Source: an uncultured bacterium
Lineage (GTDB): Bacteria > Omnitrophota > Omnitrophia > Omnitrophales > Aquincolibacteriaceae
Reading direction: 5' to 3'
DNA length: 64,000 bases
NCBI GenBank assembly: GCA_964434115.1
Contig: CAYSSX010000007.1
Coordinates: 18,734-82,733, forward strand
Translations under genes and position numbers: made by a program
Notes under the pieces: generated by a model
The model's database searches: none
What the model saw: only the letters and a program-made list of their open reading frames with translations
What the model was told of the DNA's origin: nothing
Shown here: piece by piece, positions 15,001 to 30,000 of the stretch
Layout of the letters: the number at the start of each line of letters is the position of its first letter
Numbering within the stretch: the first letter of the stretch is position 1

Positions 15001-18000
15001 GCATTTCTAACGGCGGGGGCAGCTATTCGATCCGTGTTCCGTCTTCCGATAAATTCCAGGAAGCCTCAATCAAGGCGAACCTTAAAGCCGGACGCTACCA
15101 TGTCACCTTCACTTGGAAAAACGATGGCGATTCTAACACAGCACTTTCGGGAGATTTTACACAAGGTCCTGCGACTCTTGAAATTGACGGCATGGTGATT
15201 CGGAACAGTTCGATGGGGAAAAGCGGTGACCTGACTAAAGACGGGGTGACCGACGTGAAAGATGTTGTCCGCTGGATGACGGACAACCCTGACTCTGCCA
15301 ATGAGCAGACCCTGACTTACAACGGGTCTACCTATTATGTGGAGAAACTCGCGGATGGATCTTATTCCGTATTTGAACAAGCCAGCAAGCAGTTCTTTCA
15401 GAGTGTCCCCGGTAAAAATCTCGTCGATGTCTGGAACGTCAACAAGAATGGGAACGTAAAGCTTGTGATTCTGGAGGATGCGGATGGCAAACGCACTCTG
15501 GTCAACTATGTTCCTGAAGATGTGAATCTTGACGGCGCTGTTAACCAAGATGACTGGAATTATGAACTGGAGCAGCTTTCCTATTACGCTAAAACTTATG
15601 ACGGCCGCGACTACTTCAGCCGAGGGAGCGATAAATGGATTCAGAAGCAGGATGGGACCGTGGTAAACACGGCCTCTCCCGGCGACCCCATAACATACCG
15701 CTTTGATATTGAAAAAACGGGCTATTATGATTTGAACCTGCTGGCGCGTAATCTGTCCGCTGGAAGCGCGAATCAGTATTCTCGCATGTATCTTGAAATT
15801 GCGGGGTATGGGCAGATCCGGCTTGACGCCCGTGATGTTAATTACTCCAACGGGACGCTTAAGATTTTCCTCGAAAAGGGAACCCGGGACATTACGATCC
15901 GCTGGAAAGAAATTACGGAAGTCGGAGCGGCAGGGTTTGATCTCAAAAAAGTTTCTCTCACGGAAAGCCGGATTGATTACCAGGCTGATCTTGATGCCAA
16001 CGGCTTCCTGGATTCCCGTGATCTAGTCGCGCTTCAGGCCTTGATGCCTGAAACCACGAATTACGGCGCCGTGAATGTCAGCGGCACCAAGTACCTGGTC
16101 AACAAGCTTGCGGACGGCCGTTACCGTTTCGCGAGCGCGGGGGCTGGAATCACGAGCGCGGTTTGGGTGGACAGTGACGCCCAGGGCAAACTCATTAAAA
16201 TCAGCGGCACGGATTACATCATCAATAAATCCGCCGAAGGTTTGGTTTTCCTTGTGGAACGTCTGCCGCAGGACATGAACCTTGACGGCCTCGTGAATGA
16301 TCAGGATTTTGCGTTTCTGATCGATCAGAGCCAGCTCTCCCAGCAGACTTACCGCGCGATTGACTATTCCACACGCGATGAAAGTGTGACCTGGAAACTT
16401 GGCGCGGATTACAAGACGTTTGTTTCCACCGCCGATGACGCGAGCCTCGGTTTCTCATTCAATGCCAAGGAAGAAGGCTGGTATGACCTTGGTCTTATGC
16501 TGAAGGACGCCAGTGGAACTTCTCTTTCCGCGGATTACCGCTTTAACCTCCGCGTGATCGTGGATGGCGTGCATGTGTCCAATATCCGGGAAGTGCTGAG
16601 CAGTGTGACCTGGAAAGACGGCCGCGCTTCGGTTTACCTCAAGAAGGGGACGCACACCCTCGCGTTTATGTGGGACAACGATGAGGAAGTTGGCGACGCG
16701 GCAGGCATTGAAATCGGCGCGCTCAGCGTCCGGAACCGTCAGGTCAACAGTTATTCGGACGTGAACGGAGACGGCACGCTCAATCAGCTCGATTTTGACA
16801 AGCTGGCTGAAACCCTTCCGGATTCACGCGATATTCAAAAATTCGCCCTGAAGGGCCAGAATTTCATGGTCGTCGCAAATCATGCGGACGGCACCTACAC
16901 CTTTATCCGCGGCGTTGAAACGATCCGTTCCGCTCCGGACAAAACGGTGGTGATCGACAACCTTCTTTATGACGTCATTGTGAACCAGGAAGGCCGCGTT
17001 ATTTTGGCCGAGCAGCTCCGCGGGGACGTGAACGGCGACACCAACACCAATTCCGCGGACACGAGCATTATCAAATCCGCCTGGGGAACGACCCCGGACC
17101 AGGTCAAGACCGGCGACCAGTACTACACGGCCAAGAATTTCACGGCCGGCTGGGGGACGGTTCAGGTCGGGCAGTATGACCAGTCCAAAAAGTACTACGT
17201 GGATTATCTTTTCCAGACCGCCCGTGAAGACAATTACGAACTGAATTTTGAATTGAAGACTTCCAATGACGCGGGCCAGCCGAAAACGACCTGGGCTGTT
17301 TACATTGATGACATGGGTAAAATCTTCAAGACCATTGAAGTGCCGACGAATAAAACCCAGTATGAAATCGCGCAGCTTTTCGCATCGCTTGATGATGGTT
17401 TCCACCGCATCCGTCTTGAACTCCTCAGTCATCGTGACAACCTGACCGCCGAGATCGGTAAAGTTTCTCTGGGATTCCCGGAGTTCGATTCCCGCGCGGA
17501 CCAGAACCGTGACAACGTGGTGGATGTGAGCGATCTTGTGCCGGTCCTTGAAGACGCCTCGGATTCCTCTTTTGTGGAAGTGCTGAAGCTCAGCTCCGTG
17601 CAGTATTACTTCTATGAAAATCAAAACGGCAAATTGTTCCTGACCCGGGATGGTCAAACCGGCTTTGAGAGCAACGCCGCCCAGTCCGTGATTAACATCA
17701 GCGGAACGGATTACTGGATCAATAAGGACGCGCAGGGCAATCATGAACTGGTGAAGATTATTGCCGGGGACCTGAATAAGGATGCCGTGGTCGATGCCGC
17801 GGACCGCACCCTCATTCAAGACCAGGCTGGGGCCGGACGCCGTGAACCTGTGGCCACCGACCCGACAACCTTTACGGAAAAGAACCGCTTCGCCAAGAAC
17901 GGGGCGATTATGGAAGCCTTCCATACGACCAGCGACGGGACAGACCCGATCTACCTTGAATACCAGATGACCTTGGGCGGCAGCATTTATGAAATCAGTC

Positions 18001-21000
18001 TGAATGCCAAGGCTCCCACGGCGCTGGACCTTCCCCGTGCCGATTACGTTTATATGTTTGACCTGTTTGTGGATGACATGACCACGCCGGTGGGAACGAT
18101 CGCCATCCCCGCAAACAAGACAGCCGCACAGACGGACAAACTCCGGGTGGATTTGACGGCCCTTGCCTCGCAGGCCGGCCGCAAGCTTCGGATCCGCTGG
18201 ACAAACCCGGAAGCCAATTGGTCTCAGGCCCAGCAGAAGACCGGCCTGGAAATCAGCGGTTTGATGGTCAAAGACCTGGCTTATGACAGCCGCATGGATA
18301 TCAACGGCGACAAGATTGTGAACAACGCTGATCTGACGGCTTTTGACGCCATCTCGATCCGCACCGCTGTCAAGAGCCAGAAAGTGCCTTCGGATTGGGC
18401 GGACGCCAATGCTCACCGCGGCCTGATGGTTTCAACGCCTCTTCTTCCCGTGGCGCGCGATTCCCTGATGGATGCCGGGGATCTTCTTGCTTCGAACGGG
18501 TGGGCGATGCAGAACGGCCGTTATGCTCAGTCTTCAGGGGCCGCGGTCAAGGCCATTTCCCTGATTAAGGACGGCATTACGGTTCCGGAGAATTTTGATC
18601 TGACGGGCACTCTGCAGTTTGACGGCAACTCCAACCAGGGCCGCGCGGCGGGTATCCTGCTTCGTTATCGTGATGATCAAAACTACGCCTGGATTTCGAT
18701 CGATGGCCCGAACCGCACCATGACTGTCTATGAAGTTGTGGCCGGACAGCAGAAAGCCGTGGCTTCCCAGCAGCTCTCAAGCGATGTCCTGTTCGGTCAT
18801 GATTATGCCTGGAAGGTCGAAGCCCGTGAAAACTTCTACCACATCACGTTCAACGGACAGAAAGTGTTTGAATACCTCAAGCTGACCAAGACGCCGAATA
18901 CCGGAAAAGTCGGCATTTTGAGCGACCGTTCACTGGCCAACTTCTCAAGCCTGGAACTCAAGACCTACACGAACCGCCGCGTTGAGGTTTATGACGTCGC
19001 GAAATCCGGCAATACCTTCAACTTTACGCATTTCACCGACGGCAGCAAGAACGCGTCCAGCGACCCTGTTAAGAATACCGTGGTTCTGAACGGCGTGACT
19101 TATAAACTTCAGGACAACGCCCCGGGCGTGAACCAGCTTTCCCTGATCCGCCAGCCGGTGACGAGCCTTATGGATACTGCGGTCTATCTCCGCGCGGAAA
19201 ATGACTTCTACACCGTGACCAAGGACGGAACGGGTGTTTACCACTTTACGTCTTCTGTGGAAGCCGAAAGAACCAGCACCCTGGTTGATAACAAACCTCA
19301 GGTGACTCTGCATGTCGGCGGCGGCGCCAAACAAAAGACTTATCGTATTGTGGATGCGGGCAACGGACAAGTTCAGCTTGTGGAAATCCCGAAAGCGGCC
19401 GCGGCCGTGTCGTCCGATATCTGGATTGGGGCGGGGGACAAGATGTACATGGTGGAAAACCGCGGCGGAAATGTCTACCGTTTCACTTTGATGGGAACGG
19501 GAACCTTCGTGGACAGCAATGGCACCACAGGCCTTGTGAACCTCAACAGCACGGCTTACCAGGTCAAGGTTACGGGCACCGGCGCGGTGCAGCTGGTCCA
19601 GCCGCGCACGGCCGGCGTTTTACAGGCCAAACAGACGCTTACCCATAACGGTAAAGTGTATGAAGTCACCTACGATAACCTGACCGGAAAATACAGCTTC
19701 CGTGATGTTGTGCTGGGCACCATCCTTCAGAGTAATGCCTTTGAAGGCACGGTCACCCTGAACTCCCAGGTTTATGACATCGTGGTTATGGACCCGGCGC
19801 GCAACATCCGCCTTCTGCAGAAAGAGACTCAGGGCCATGAGGTTTACAGCCACACGGTGCGCTTCGGAAATGATTTTTATGACGTTGTGAAGGAAGGCAA
19901 TGAATATCGCTTTAAGGACGTCCGCCATATTCTCGCGGACCTTGTGACCGTGGGACAGAAAGTCCTGGTGGGTGCCGTCCGCTACAGCATTTATGAAGAA
20001 GCCGCGACCGGTAAGGTCCGCGCGGTCCAGGTCAGCGATGTTTCGGCCGGCAACACGGAACAGCTCGTGTTTGTCGAAGGCACGGGCTACTACTACACCG
20101 TGGTCAGCAACAAAGTGAATATGAAGAAGTACGGCACTTCGACCACCTACGTGGAAGACGTGAATGGCGTGATCAATCTCGGCGGCATTTCCAACTTTAA
20201 AGTGCTCCGTGATGTCCCGGCCGCGGGGGAAGTCGAATTTGCGAAAATCCTGCTGGCCAGCCAAAGCGTGGACCTTGGCTACATGATCCGCGTGGACGGC
20301 ATTGCTTTTAAAGTGACTGCGAACGACGGACCCAAGCAGGTTGTGTTCCAGGCGCTTGAAGGCCCCGTGGACTCGGTGACCGCTTCTTACACCGACCTGG
20401 AAGTCACGATCAAGGGCAACAAATACAAACTGGAATTCCCCGATGCGTCCAATCACGCCAAAGTAAAACTGACGGAAGTGCCGCGCGCCGTGGCACCCGC
20501 GAACGCGGACGTGAAAACCATGTGGGTGGACAATAAATTTTATGACGTAACCGCCGTGGAGCCGGCGAACCCTAACACGGAATACCGCTTTACCAATGTC
20601 ATCAACCCGGTGGAGACCTTTGTCACGGTCAACCGCCAGCTTGTAGGCCAGATCGGCGGCACGACCTTTATTGTCGAAAAGGATCCTTCCAGCGGTGCGA
20701 TTTCGATTCTACGCCCGAGAGTGAAGAGTGATTTCCGCTCCACCGCGCATTCAATAGCGATTTATGATGAAGTGCTGAAGGCCAACCGTATTTGGGAATT
20801 CACCCGATCTGGAAGCCAGTTCACGTTTACCTCATCGGGTGTAGGGAATGTAACGAGCGATGCGGCGGGCAAGCGCGTGACCTTCGGCAGCCAGACGTAT
20901 GACATTCAGGTCATCAATGACGGCCAGCTCCAGATCCTTCTGTCCGCGGTGATTGACGAAGCCCAGAACCTTTATGACCAGATGATTGAAATTGCAGGCA

Positions 21001-24000
21001 CGACCTATGGCGTGAAAGCCGAATTGGTCAACACCGTGCCGACCGGCTATTACCTTCTGTTTAACGCGGCGGGCCAGCAGGTCAATAAATCCATTCGTGA
21101 TCCGGAACAGGAATTCGGTATTGTCTTCGACATCGGCGGCCAGATTTATGACGTACGCATCGACGAGCGCCGTGACCTTGTGGTTTCCCGGCGGCTTGGG
21201 CGCAGTGCGGTCGTTGACACCCATACTGTCTATCTGTACGACGGACTGGCCGCCTCCAGCCTGATCGAAGGAACGGACGCTATCATCAAGGTTGATGATT
21301 TGAATTACCGTGCGGTTTTCGACAACGTTAACAAAAAGGTGACCCTGCAGGGACTTGCCGGGGCCACGACCCAGGGACCGTTTAATTTCGGCGATGTGGA
21401 AATCACGGTTGCCGGAAAGCGTTACTTCCTCGAACTGGGCGCCAGTGTCTCAAGCGTGGTCGCAGACGGCCTCTCCACGGTTCTTATCGGCAGCCGTACT
21501 TACCGCGTGATTGCCGATGACACGGCCCAGCAGCTGAAGCTTCAGACGATGGATGGCGCTGTTACCTTTGGTCCTTTTGCCTATGGAGACTCAGAAATCG
21601 CCTTAGGCGGAGAGCGTTATTTCATTAAGTATGGAGCGGCCCATAATCAGATCACGCTAACTCAGAAAAAAGTAACCCTTCGTTCCGGAAAGAAATACAC
21701 GGTTACGGATCTGGGTTCGGGCAATCTTAAGTTTACGGAAGAAACCACCAACGCCGTGTTTACGAGCATTCCGAGCAAGCGCATGGTGGTGATCTACAAC
21801 CGCGTTTACCGCATGGATTTCACAAAGATCCCCGTCCGGCTTACGGAAGCAGAAAAGATCGATGTGACTGGCGACGGATTTGTGAACAAGGAAGACGCGG
21901 ATGTGATTCAGGACATGATGGCGGAACAGACCTACGTGGACCGCTCTGACTTGAACAAAGACGGAAAGGTCGACCGGGCGGATTACCGGCTTTACGCCGA
22001 AAACAAAGACGCCCTCCGGGACGTTAACGATGACAATACGATCAATTACCTGGACCGCCAGGAACTGGTCAATGCCGCCCAGTATGCGCGTAACACGTAT
22101 TACCAAAACAAGGCTATTGAGTACGATTCGATCGCAAATCCGTTCTACACCACAGGTCAGCAGCCGGCGTATCTTCAGAAGTGGCTGAGTGAACATCTTC
22201 CGTCCTATCAGACAGGAGATTTCCAGAATCGCCTTTTGAATGGAACCATCGAAGTCGAAGATGTGGCGGACTTTGAAATCGCCTACAAGATGCTCGATTA
22301 CCTGACGGATGTGAACGATGACGGCAAGGTGGACAGCAATGATTTGAATTACATGAAACGCCTTCTGGATCTTTTCAAGCTTCTTGAAAAGTACAAGGAC
22401 AATACCGGATCCCTTCTCCCGCAGGCACTGGTTGAAGACTTTGACACGAACCACGCAGATGTCAACGGTGACGGCTTTGTGGATGCCAAAGACAAGCAGA
22501 TCCTGGTCGATAGCTACAACAACTACCTGAAATATGATTTTGTCGGAAACGATAAACTCGTCAATAGCGCGGACGTCAAGTATGTGGAAGATATCTATGA
22601 GCTGATTTTCCCGGTGAGCGGTGTTGTGGAAGGCTGGCGTGCCGGCAATGGGTATGACAAGGCCCAGGGTTTTACGGGCCAGCAGTCCAGCAGCGACGGT
22701 ATTACGACGGCGAGCACGGCCAATTCCTGGGTCGAATACAACTACACGGTGGACCCGAGCGGTAATGTTTTTGCCGGGATTTCCGTCCGCTCGGTCCATG
22801 ACCGCGTGATTCCCGACGGCTTTCAGTATGACATTGATGTCTATCTGGATGGCGTCTACAAAGGCAACATTAAGATTGATGCGCTGGATGCCCTTCGTTT
22901 TGAAGAAAAACGTCTCCAAATTGAAGATGTGGAGAAGGGGCAGCATGCCATCAAGTTTGTTTTCAAGAACATCTCATCCGATGTCCCTGTGGAAGTGGGC
23001 CGCGCTTTCCTGAATCGCAATGGCATCAATTTGTCGGCGATGGATACCAATGCAGACGGCAAGATCTGGGTGGATGACATGGACGAGCTGAAGAATTTGA
23101 TCCAGCAGTATGCCAACGGCGACGGCAACATCACTATGGAAGATCACGACCTGATTCCTTTGGATCAGACGGCCAAACGCAAGCAGGTCATGTACATCCT
23201 TCAGCACTTTAACTTTTCCGATGACGGCGGCACGATCAAGATCAATCAGCAGGATGTGGACGTGATCGCGGACGCGGCGTACTGGTTCATCAATGAAAAG
23301 ATGCTGACACCGTCCTCTGACCCTCGCCAGGCATACCGCTACACCTCCTGGTCCGGGGCCCAAAGCCCTTACGGCAGCGTGGAGAGTTTTGCCTGGGACT
23401 ACAACGGTGATAAACGCGTGGATATTGACGACCGCAAGCTGGTGCTGGACGCGGCCCGGGTTAAGGACATCACCGGCGACGGACATGTGAATGCCCAGGA
23501 TCTTGCTTACCTCCGCCGGCTGCGAGATTTTCTTGCCGCGAACATACATCCGGACGAAATCCGCCGTTCAAACATTACCAAGGACAACACCTTTACTTTC
23601 TGGAGCGGAAGCGGCAAGGAGCAGGTGGCCGGTGATTTTGAAGGCCTTAACCTGAACGGCCTGGACTTTGAAGGAGCGATTGACCAGGTTAAGGGCGAAG
23701 TTACACTGGAAGAAAGCCACGAAGAAAGCCAGACCGCACTTGGCGACACGATCCGTTTCAACGGTAAATTCTATTCCGTCCGGCAGGATGCGGCCACCGG
23801 CCAGTACGTGCTTTGGGATGGGGCCGAGACCTTTATTACCGATGGCCCCAACCACGTCACAACAATAGATCTCAAGGATTACCGAGTTTCCCAGGATCCT
23901 TACACAGGTTCCTACACATTGATCCGCGACGATGTCGCCGTGAGCGCGCCTGTTGCTGATTTTTCTGTGATCCTCGACGGTGATACTTATCAAGTAACGC

Positions 24001-27000
24001 TGAATGAGCTTAATGGGGCTTATAGCTTCCGGAGCGGTCAGAAAGTTTATGAAAGCAATCCGTTTACCAATCAGGTTCGCATCCGTGACGCTGTTTACAA
24101 CCTCGCCATCAGTGATCCCATTACTAAACAGATCAGCCTTACCCGCGACCGGATTGTGGCCACCGCGGGTGCCGGAAATGCGGTAACGGTCGGCCAGGAA
24201 TCCTATAGCTGGACCTTTGGAGGCGGCATTTATGAATTGACGGCGCCCGGAGTCACGCTCCGCAGCGATCCGGCAAGCAGCACGATTGAGATCCAGGGGC
24301 GTCTTTTTGAAGTCACCTCAGCGGGCGGCATTACTCTTAAGGAAATGGTCCGCAGTCGTCATATTGCCGACCAAACCCTCATGGTCGAAGGCGTGGAATT
24401 TGTTTTCAAGAAGCTTGAGGATGGACGCTATTACGCAAGCAGCGGCAGTGAGACGTATCTTTCCAACTCTCTGGGCAGCGAAATCGTGATCGGTAAATAC
24501 ACCTACGATATTAATGTGGTGGATCCCGTGAAACAGAAAATGACCCTGGCCCCGAAGGCCGAAACAAGCGTTCATGCGGGGGATCAAGTTATTGAACTGG
24601 TTTCGGAATATCCGCCGGGCAAGGTTTATTCGGGTAAGCGTTATTGGGTCAAGAAAGACGGCGCGGTCCATCAGTTTTTTGACGGTGTGAACACCCTGAT
24701 ATCCCAGATTGTTGGTTCTGATGAAATTCTGGAAACCCCGGACAACCGCTTTAAGGTTACAACTAATGCCGCCACCGGGGATGTGACCCTGAATATTCTT
24801 CAGCGTACTGATGTGATTCTGGAAAGAGAAATCAACTGGTACAGCGTTTCCGTGGCGGACGGGGTCTTCACCCTTGACGGCGGAGATTATCAGTGGAAAA
24901 AGAACGCGGATAATTCTTACACGCTGACCCGCGGAACCTACACCGCAAATATTGACGCGGCGGCTACTGAAATTACGATTCAGGGAAGACGTTATGCCAA
25001 GCAGCTTGACGGAAACGGGAACCTTCAGCTGTCCTTGATTCTTCCCGCGACAAGCTTTGCCGCGGACCAGGTGATCGAGCTTGACCGTGAACGCTACTAT
25101 GTCACGGAATCCGGAGCGAATTATCAGTTCCGCAAAGAAGGATGGGGACCGCAGACAAGCTCAGGCGGCACCATTACACTGGCGGACGGAAAAAGTTACA
25201 AGATCCAGCAGATCAATTCCCAAGGCGACATTGCCGTGATCCGGGTTCCTGCGGAAACGCAGCTTGTTGTGAAATCTAGCTCAGACCAGCTCGTGAAGCT
25301 TGGAACCCAATTCTATGAAGTCCGCCGTGACGCGTCCGGAAACCTGCTGATATACCGCGACCAGGTCCTTGCCGCGAAAATGCCTTCGGGTCAAACCACC
25401 GTCACCGTGGACGGCGTTCAATACCGTGTTCTTCCGGCCCATGAAAGCCGCAAGCTTGTCCGTTTTGAAGCCCAGCCCGAGCAGATAGAAGCCATGGGTA
25501 GGGACGCCCTGGTCGCGGGGGAACACTACTATGTCGTGACTTACGATGCAGCCAACGATCTTTTTACTTTTGACGATGGCACAGACCGTTTCCAGAGTGT
25601 TGCTAAGCGCAGCCTTGAAGGCCAGAAACTTGTAACCTTGAATGGGGTTACCTATGAAATCAACCGCTCGGAATATGGGCAGAAGACAACGCTTTCCCGC
25701 CTTTACGGAAAGAGTACCAGTGAAATTTTTGACTCATCGATCATCATCGGCGGTGAGCGTTATACCTACACCTATGATTATCGTGAGGATGTTTTTGTTT
25801 TCGACAACGGTATTAATGCGGCCCAGAGTGATGCCTATACGGATACGGTTGTTCTCCGGGGGATTTCTTATAAAGTGGGCCGCGATCCCTTTACCAATGA
25901 AGTCACTCTGAATCAGGTCGTTGATTTCGATACCGTGGATCAGAAAGTCGTGCTCCGGGGCATCACCTACACCATTGAAAAACGCGGTCTCAACCTTTAC
26001 CGGTTCAAGGATGGAGCCAATAACCAGTTTGATAGCGCGGAAGATAAAACGATTGTGATCGCCGGTGTGGATTACAAAATCGAGGTGGTTGACCGCGATC
26101 GCCTCATTCTTAAGCTGCACGAAGCTGACGATCTGAAAATCTATGATGATGCGGGCGTGAAAAAGGTCAAGATCGCAGGCCTTGAATGGACCGTGACAAC
26201 AAACGCCGGCGGCGGTTATACCTTCACGAAAGGACCCAAGTCCTACCGCAGCATCCGTGATCAGGCGGTTTATATTGAAGGGGTTCGTTATGATCTTGTC
26301 ACAGACCCGGTTGACAGCACGCTGCATCTCAAAAAAGATTTTACTCAACAGAACACGCCGCTCCCGGTTCAGATCGGCGGGAGAATTTATCTTGTTTCTC
26401 TTGACGTAGAACGCGGCAAACTTATTTTCCGGGACGGCTTCAGCCGTTATGAGAGCGATGATTATATGACCAGCGTTCAGCTTAAGGACGTCCGCGGCAA
26501 CACCATCACCTATGCTGTGGACATTAATCCCGCGACTCATGAAGTGGTTTTGACGGAACCCCACGGAGCCGTTGAGCAGACCACTGGTCTTTTGGGCAAT
26601 ACCGTGAGCTTGAACGGTACCACTTACACCATCGGAAAGACCGCCGGAGGCGAATGGACGTTCGCCCGCAATGACGGCCAGTTCAAGCTCAGCCGCGACG
26701 GACTCCTTTATCTCGAGGAAGCAAAATTCAAGGTCACCGTCAACGAGGCAGATCCGAATCAGCTGATTTTTGTGCGCCAGTATGACAGCACGGCTGTGGA
26801 AGGGCAGGTGGTTCGCCTGTTCAACCGTCTTTATGCCATTGAGGACAACCATGATGGCGTTGTAGACATGGCGGACCGTGAGGCCCTTGAACTTGAGTTT
26901 ACGGAACTCGACAAGCTGGATCTGAACGATGACGGCGTCTTGGATGACCGTGATCTTGACGTCAAGAGAGGCTTGATCGCCCAGCTGACCCGCGGTGTGC

Positions 27001-30000
27001 AGACCTTACGTGAAAAACAGCGCAAGGTGGAGAGTTTTATCAATGATCTTTACAGCCAGGAGAAATTTGCCAAGGATATGATGCGCTATGCGGATGCGAC
27101 CAAGGACCATCAGGTCACGCAAGCCGACGTGGACGCTTATGCGGCAAGCCAGAAAATTTACGATCAATTGGATGTGGAAGGCTTGCAGAAAGTTTCCCAG
27201 AAGTCAACGGCGCAGAAGATCCTGATTGACGGCACTGAGTATGAAATCCGTAAAGGAAACGGCACCAAGATTGTGTTTGCGGCGGGGAACCTTGAATGGC
27301 CGTCCAATGACGCCCAGACACTGGTTCAAATCGGCCAGATTACCTATGAACTTGTACGTGATAGCGTGAGCCAGCAATGGAAAGTCACGGCCCGTGAAAA
27401 CATCAATGCGGATACGCCCCAAACGGGAGCCCCCACAGTGGTTCTGGGCGGCCGCCGTTATGAAATCCGTTCTTATGATTCCGAACGATGGGAACTGGTC
27501 CGGGGTCCTGATCACTTTGTCCAGAACGGCGAAGGGCGCCTTGAAGTTGCCGGCGCTACTTATGAATTGACTTACAATTCAGTTACCAAAATCTGGACCT
27601 TTAGCCGTGTTGAAGAATTCCTTTCTTCTGTACCCGAGATTACGTTGGACGGGGTTACTTATAAAATCACGACACCGCCCGGAAAAGTCGTGCTCCTGGC
27701 TCCGGACAGCACGACCCATGAAATCGTCAACAATACCGTCGAAATCGACCATCTTATTTATGACGTGACAGATGAAGCCGCTACCGGCCTTAAAGTCTTC
27801 AACCGCCGAAGCGTTTATTTGGGCACCGGGACAACGACGATCCGGGTCTTAAACAAGAATTTCAACGTCACGGTGAACGGTGATGGGACCTATAAACTCA
27901 CGAATGCGGCGGACGCAAGCGAAACCTACACCAGCGTCAAGCTGCCCCAGCACCGCATCCGTATTGGCACATGGTTCACTTATGACGTGTCCCTGACGAA
28001 TGGCAACTTGACCTTGAAGGAACGCCGCTTTCCGGATCAGGATTACCCGATTCCGCCGGACCTTTATCAGGACCTGGCTAAACAGGTAGTCTGGGAAACG
28101 CTGGCTGACGTCAACAAAGACGGCCTTATCAATGCCACTGACCGCAGCGTGCTTTATGATCCGGGTTATATCGGCGATGTGGCCAAGACAGACATCAACC
28201 GTGACGGGCGTCCGGCTAACCAGGATCCGGCAGACGAAGCCGTGGTGGCCGCCATGGTCGAGAGGATGAAGACTTTCCGCCGCGCGGATGTGAACAGCGA
28301 CGGCCTTCTGGACTCCTTTGACGTTGCCAAGTATGAGCGTTATCTCGCCGATGGCATTAACTGGGACATCGACGGTGACGGCACGGCCACCCAGCTGGAT
28401 CTTGATTTCCTTAAGCGCTTCGTGATTCAGGAAAACGTGAAAAACCGCCTGCGTGAACGCCTTGATACGAATGATGACGGGAAAGTTTCAAACGCTGAAA
28501 TCGATGTGTTTCGTAGTCACTTCGAACGGATGTATGACTTTAACGGGGATGGCATTCAGACGGCGGCAGACCTCCAGACCGTCCGTGACATCAAAGCGCT
28601 TGTTGATTCGATGGGCGTTTCAGCGGAAACGGTCGGCAAAGCAGACATCAACGGTGACTACCATGTGGATTACAAGGATATTTTCCTTCTCACCGACGCC
28701 CTCAAATATAACAAGGACGTGGATGGCAATGGTACGGTCGAACAGGCCGATGTGGATGCGATCAAAGATCTGCTGGTGCACGGTCCTAAGGCCCCTTACC
28801 GCGTCCCGCAATTTTTTGTTTCTTACGATGTGGTTTCCAAGGCGGATGTGAACAAGGACGGCCTCATGGACCAGCGTGATCTGGACGCCCTGGATCAGGC
28901 CGATATTACGATCGACCGCATGAAAGCCGGTTCCGCCGATGCCATTACTCAGTTCACGAAAAACGGCGACAAGCTTCAGACCAGCCAGCCGGGCGGATCG
29001 TTCACTTTTGACAAATACAACGCCCCGAAAGACGGAACCTACATGTTGGGCGTAGAACTCCAGGGTTCTGAAGTGGATACGATTATTTTTGATGTTTTTG
29101 TGGACGGCATGAAGCAGGGTACGATTAGCGTAGACACGGCCAAGGGACAGAAAGTCCGTGGAAGAATGGCCCTTGAACTTGCGGCGGGCCAACATCAGAT
29201 TCAATTCGTCCGGACAGATTTTCCCAAGAAGAATCTTGACCTAGAAGTCACGGAAGTTTTTGTGGTCAATCCTCCGAAACCGGAATACGACATTAATTCC
29301 GACGGTGTTTATGACGAGCAGGACCGGGCCATGATCGGTAACTTGATTCAGGGGAAGAAGGTTATTAATCAGGCGGACGTGAACCGTGACCGTGTATTTG
29401 ACGAGTTGGATCTCATCGCCTATGACAATGAAAACCTAGTGCTTGTCCGCGACGTCAACCGTGACGGTAAAACCGATGCTGATGACCGCAAGATGATCGT
29501 GGATCTCCTCAAGCAAAGAGCCATCGGTGCTCATGCAGACATTAACGGCGACGGGCTTGTGAACATCGCGGATGCCGTGTCGCTCCAAAAAGCCGTCAGC
29601 TACCGTATTGACGTGAATGGGGACACCAAGGTTGACCAGCTCGACATAGAATTGATCCAGACGATTTCCGGTAAGCTGATGAACATTCAGCTTTCAGACC
29701 TTGATCTGTCGGATTTCAACAACGATGAAATTGTCGACGCGCGTGACTTGGAAATCATGAAAAGCCAGCTCCGGGACAACAGCCTCCAGAACGCGATCAA
29801 TTTTCTCATCAATCCGGCCGCGGGATTTCCGATCCGGGTCGGCGCGCGTGATTATTCAGCGCAGGATACCGCGCGTTTCCTGAATCAGCTCGACGGCGTC
29901 CGGGTTTTGGACCAGGAACTTTGGGTGGCCCGCCAGGACCTTGAGGCTTTTGAAAAGGCATCGACTCCCAACTGGGATACAAAGACAGGTACTTGGCAGG

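Noticed and set aside
16824-18416. Long antisense ORFs on the minus strand (for example 16824-18416 at 530 aa, 56775-58571 at 598 aa, 58920-60476 at 518 aa, 35496-36929 at 477 aa, 46308-47723 at 471 aa, 21657-22946 at 429 aa, 60486-61640 at 384 aa, 25734-26852 at 372 aa)
   Set aside because: They are fully embedded in the strongly supported sense ORF. Their translations are low-information (R, V, H, G, I and F-rich) with no recognisable motifs, and their lengths follow from stop-codon depletion opposite a codon-biased gene. They are interpreted as shadow ORFs, not genes.
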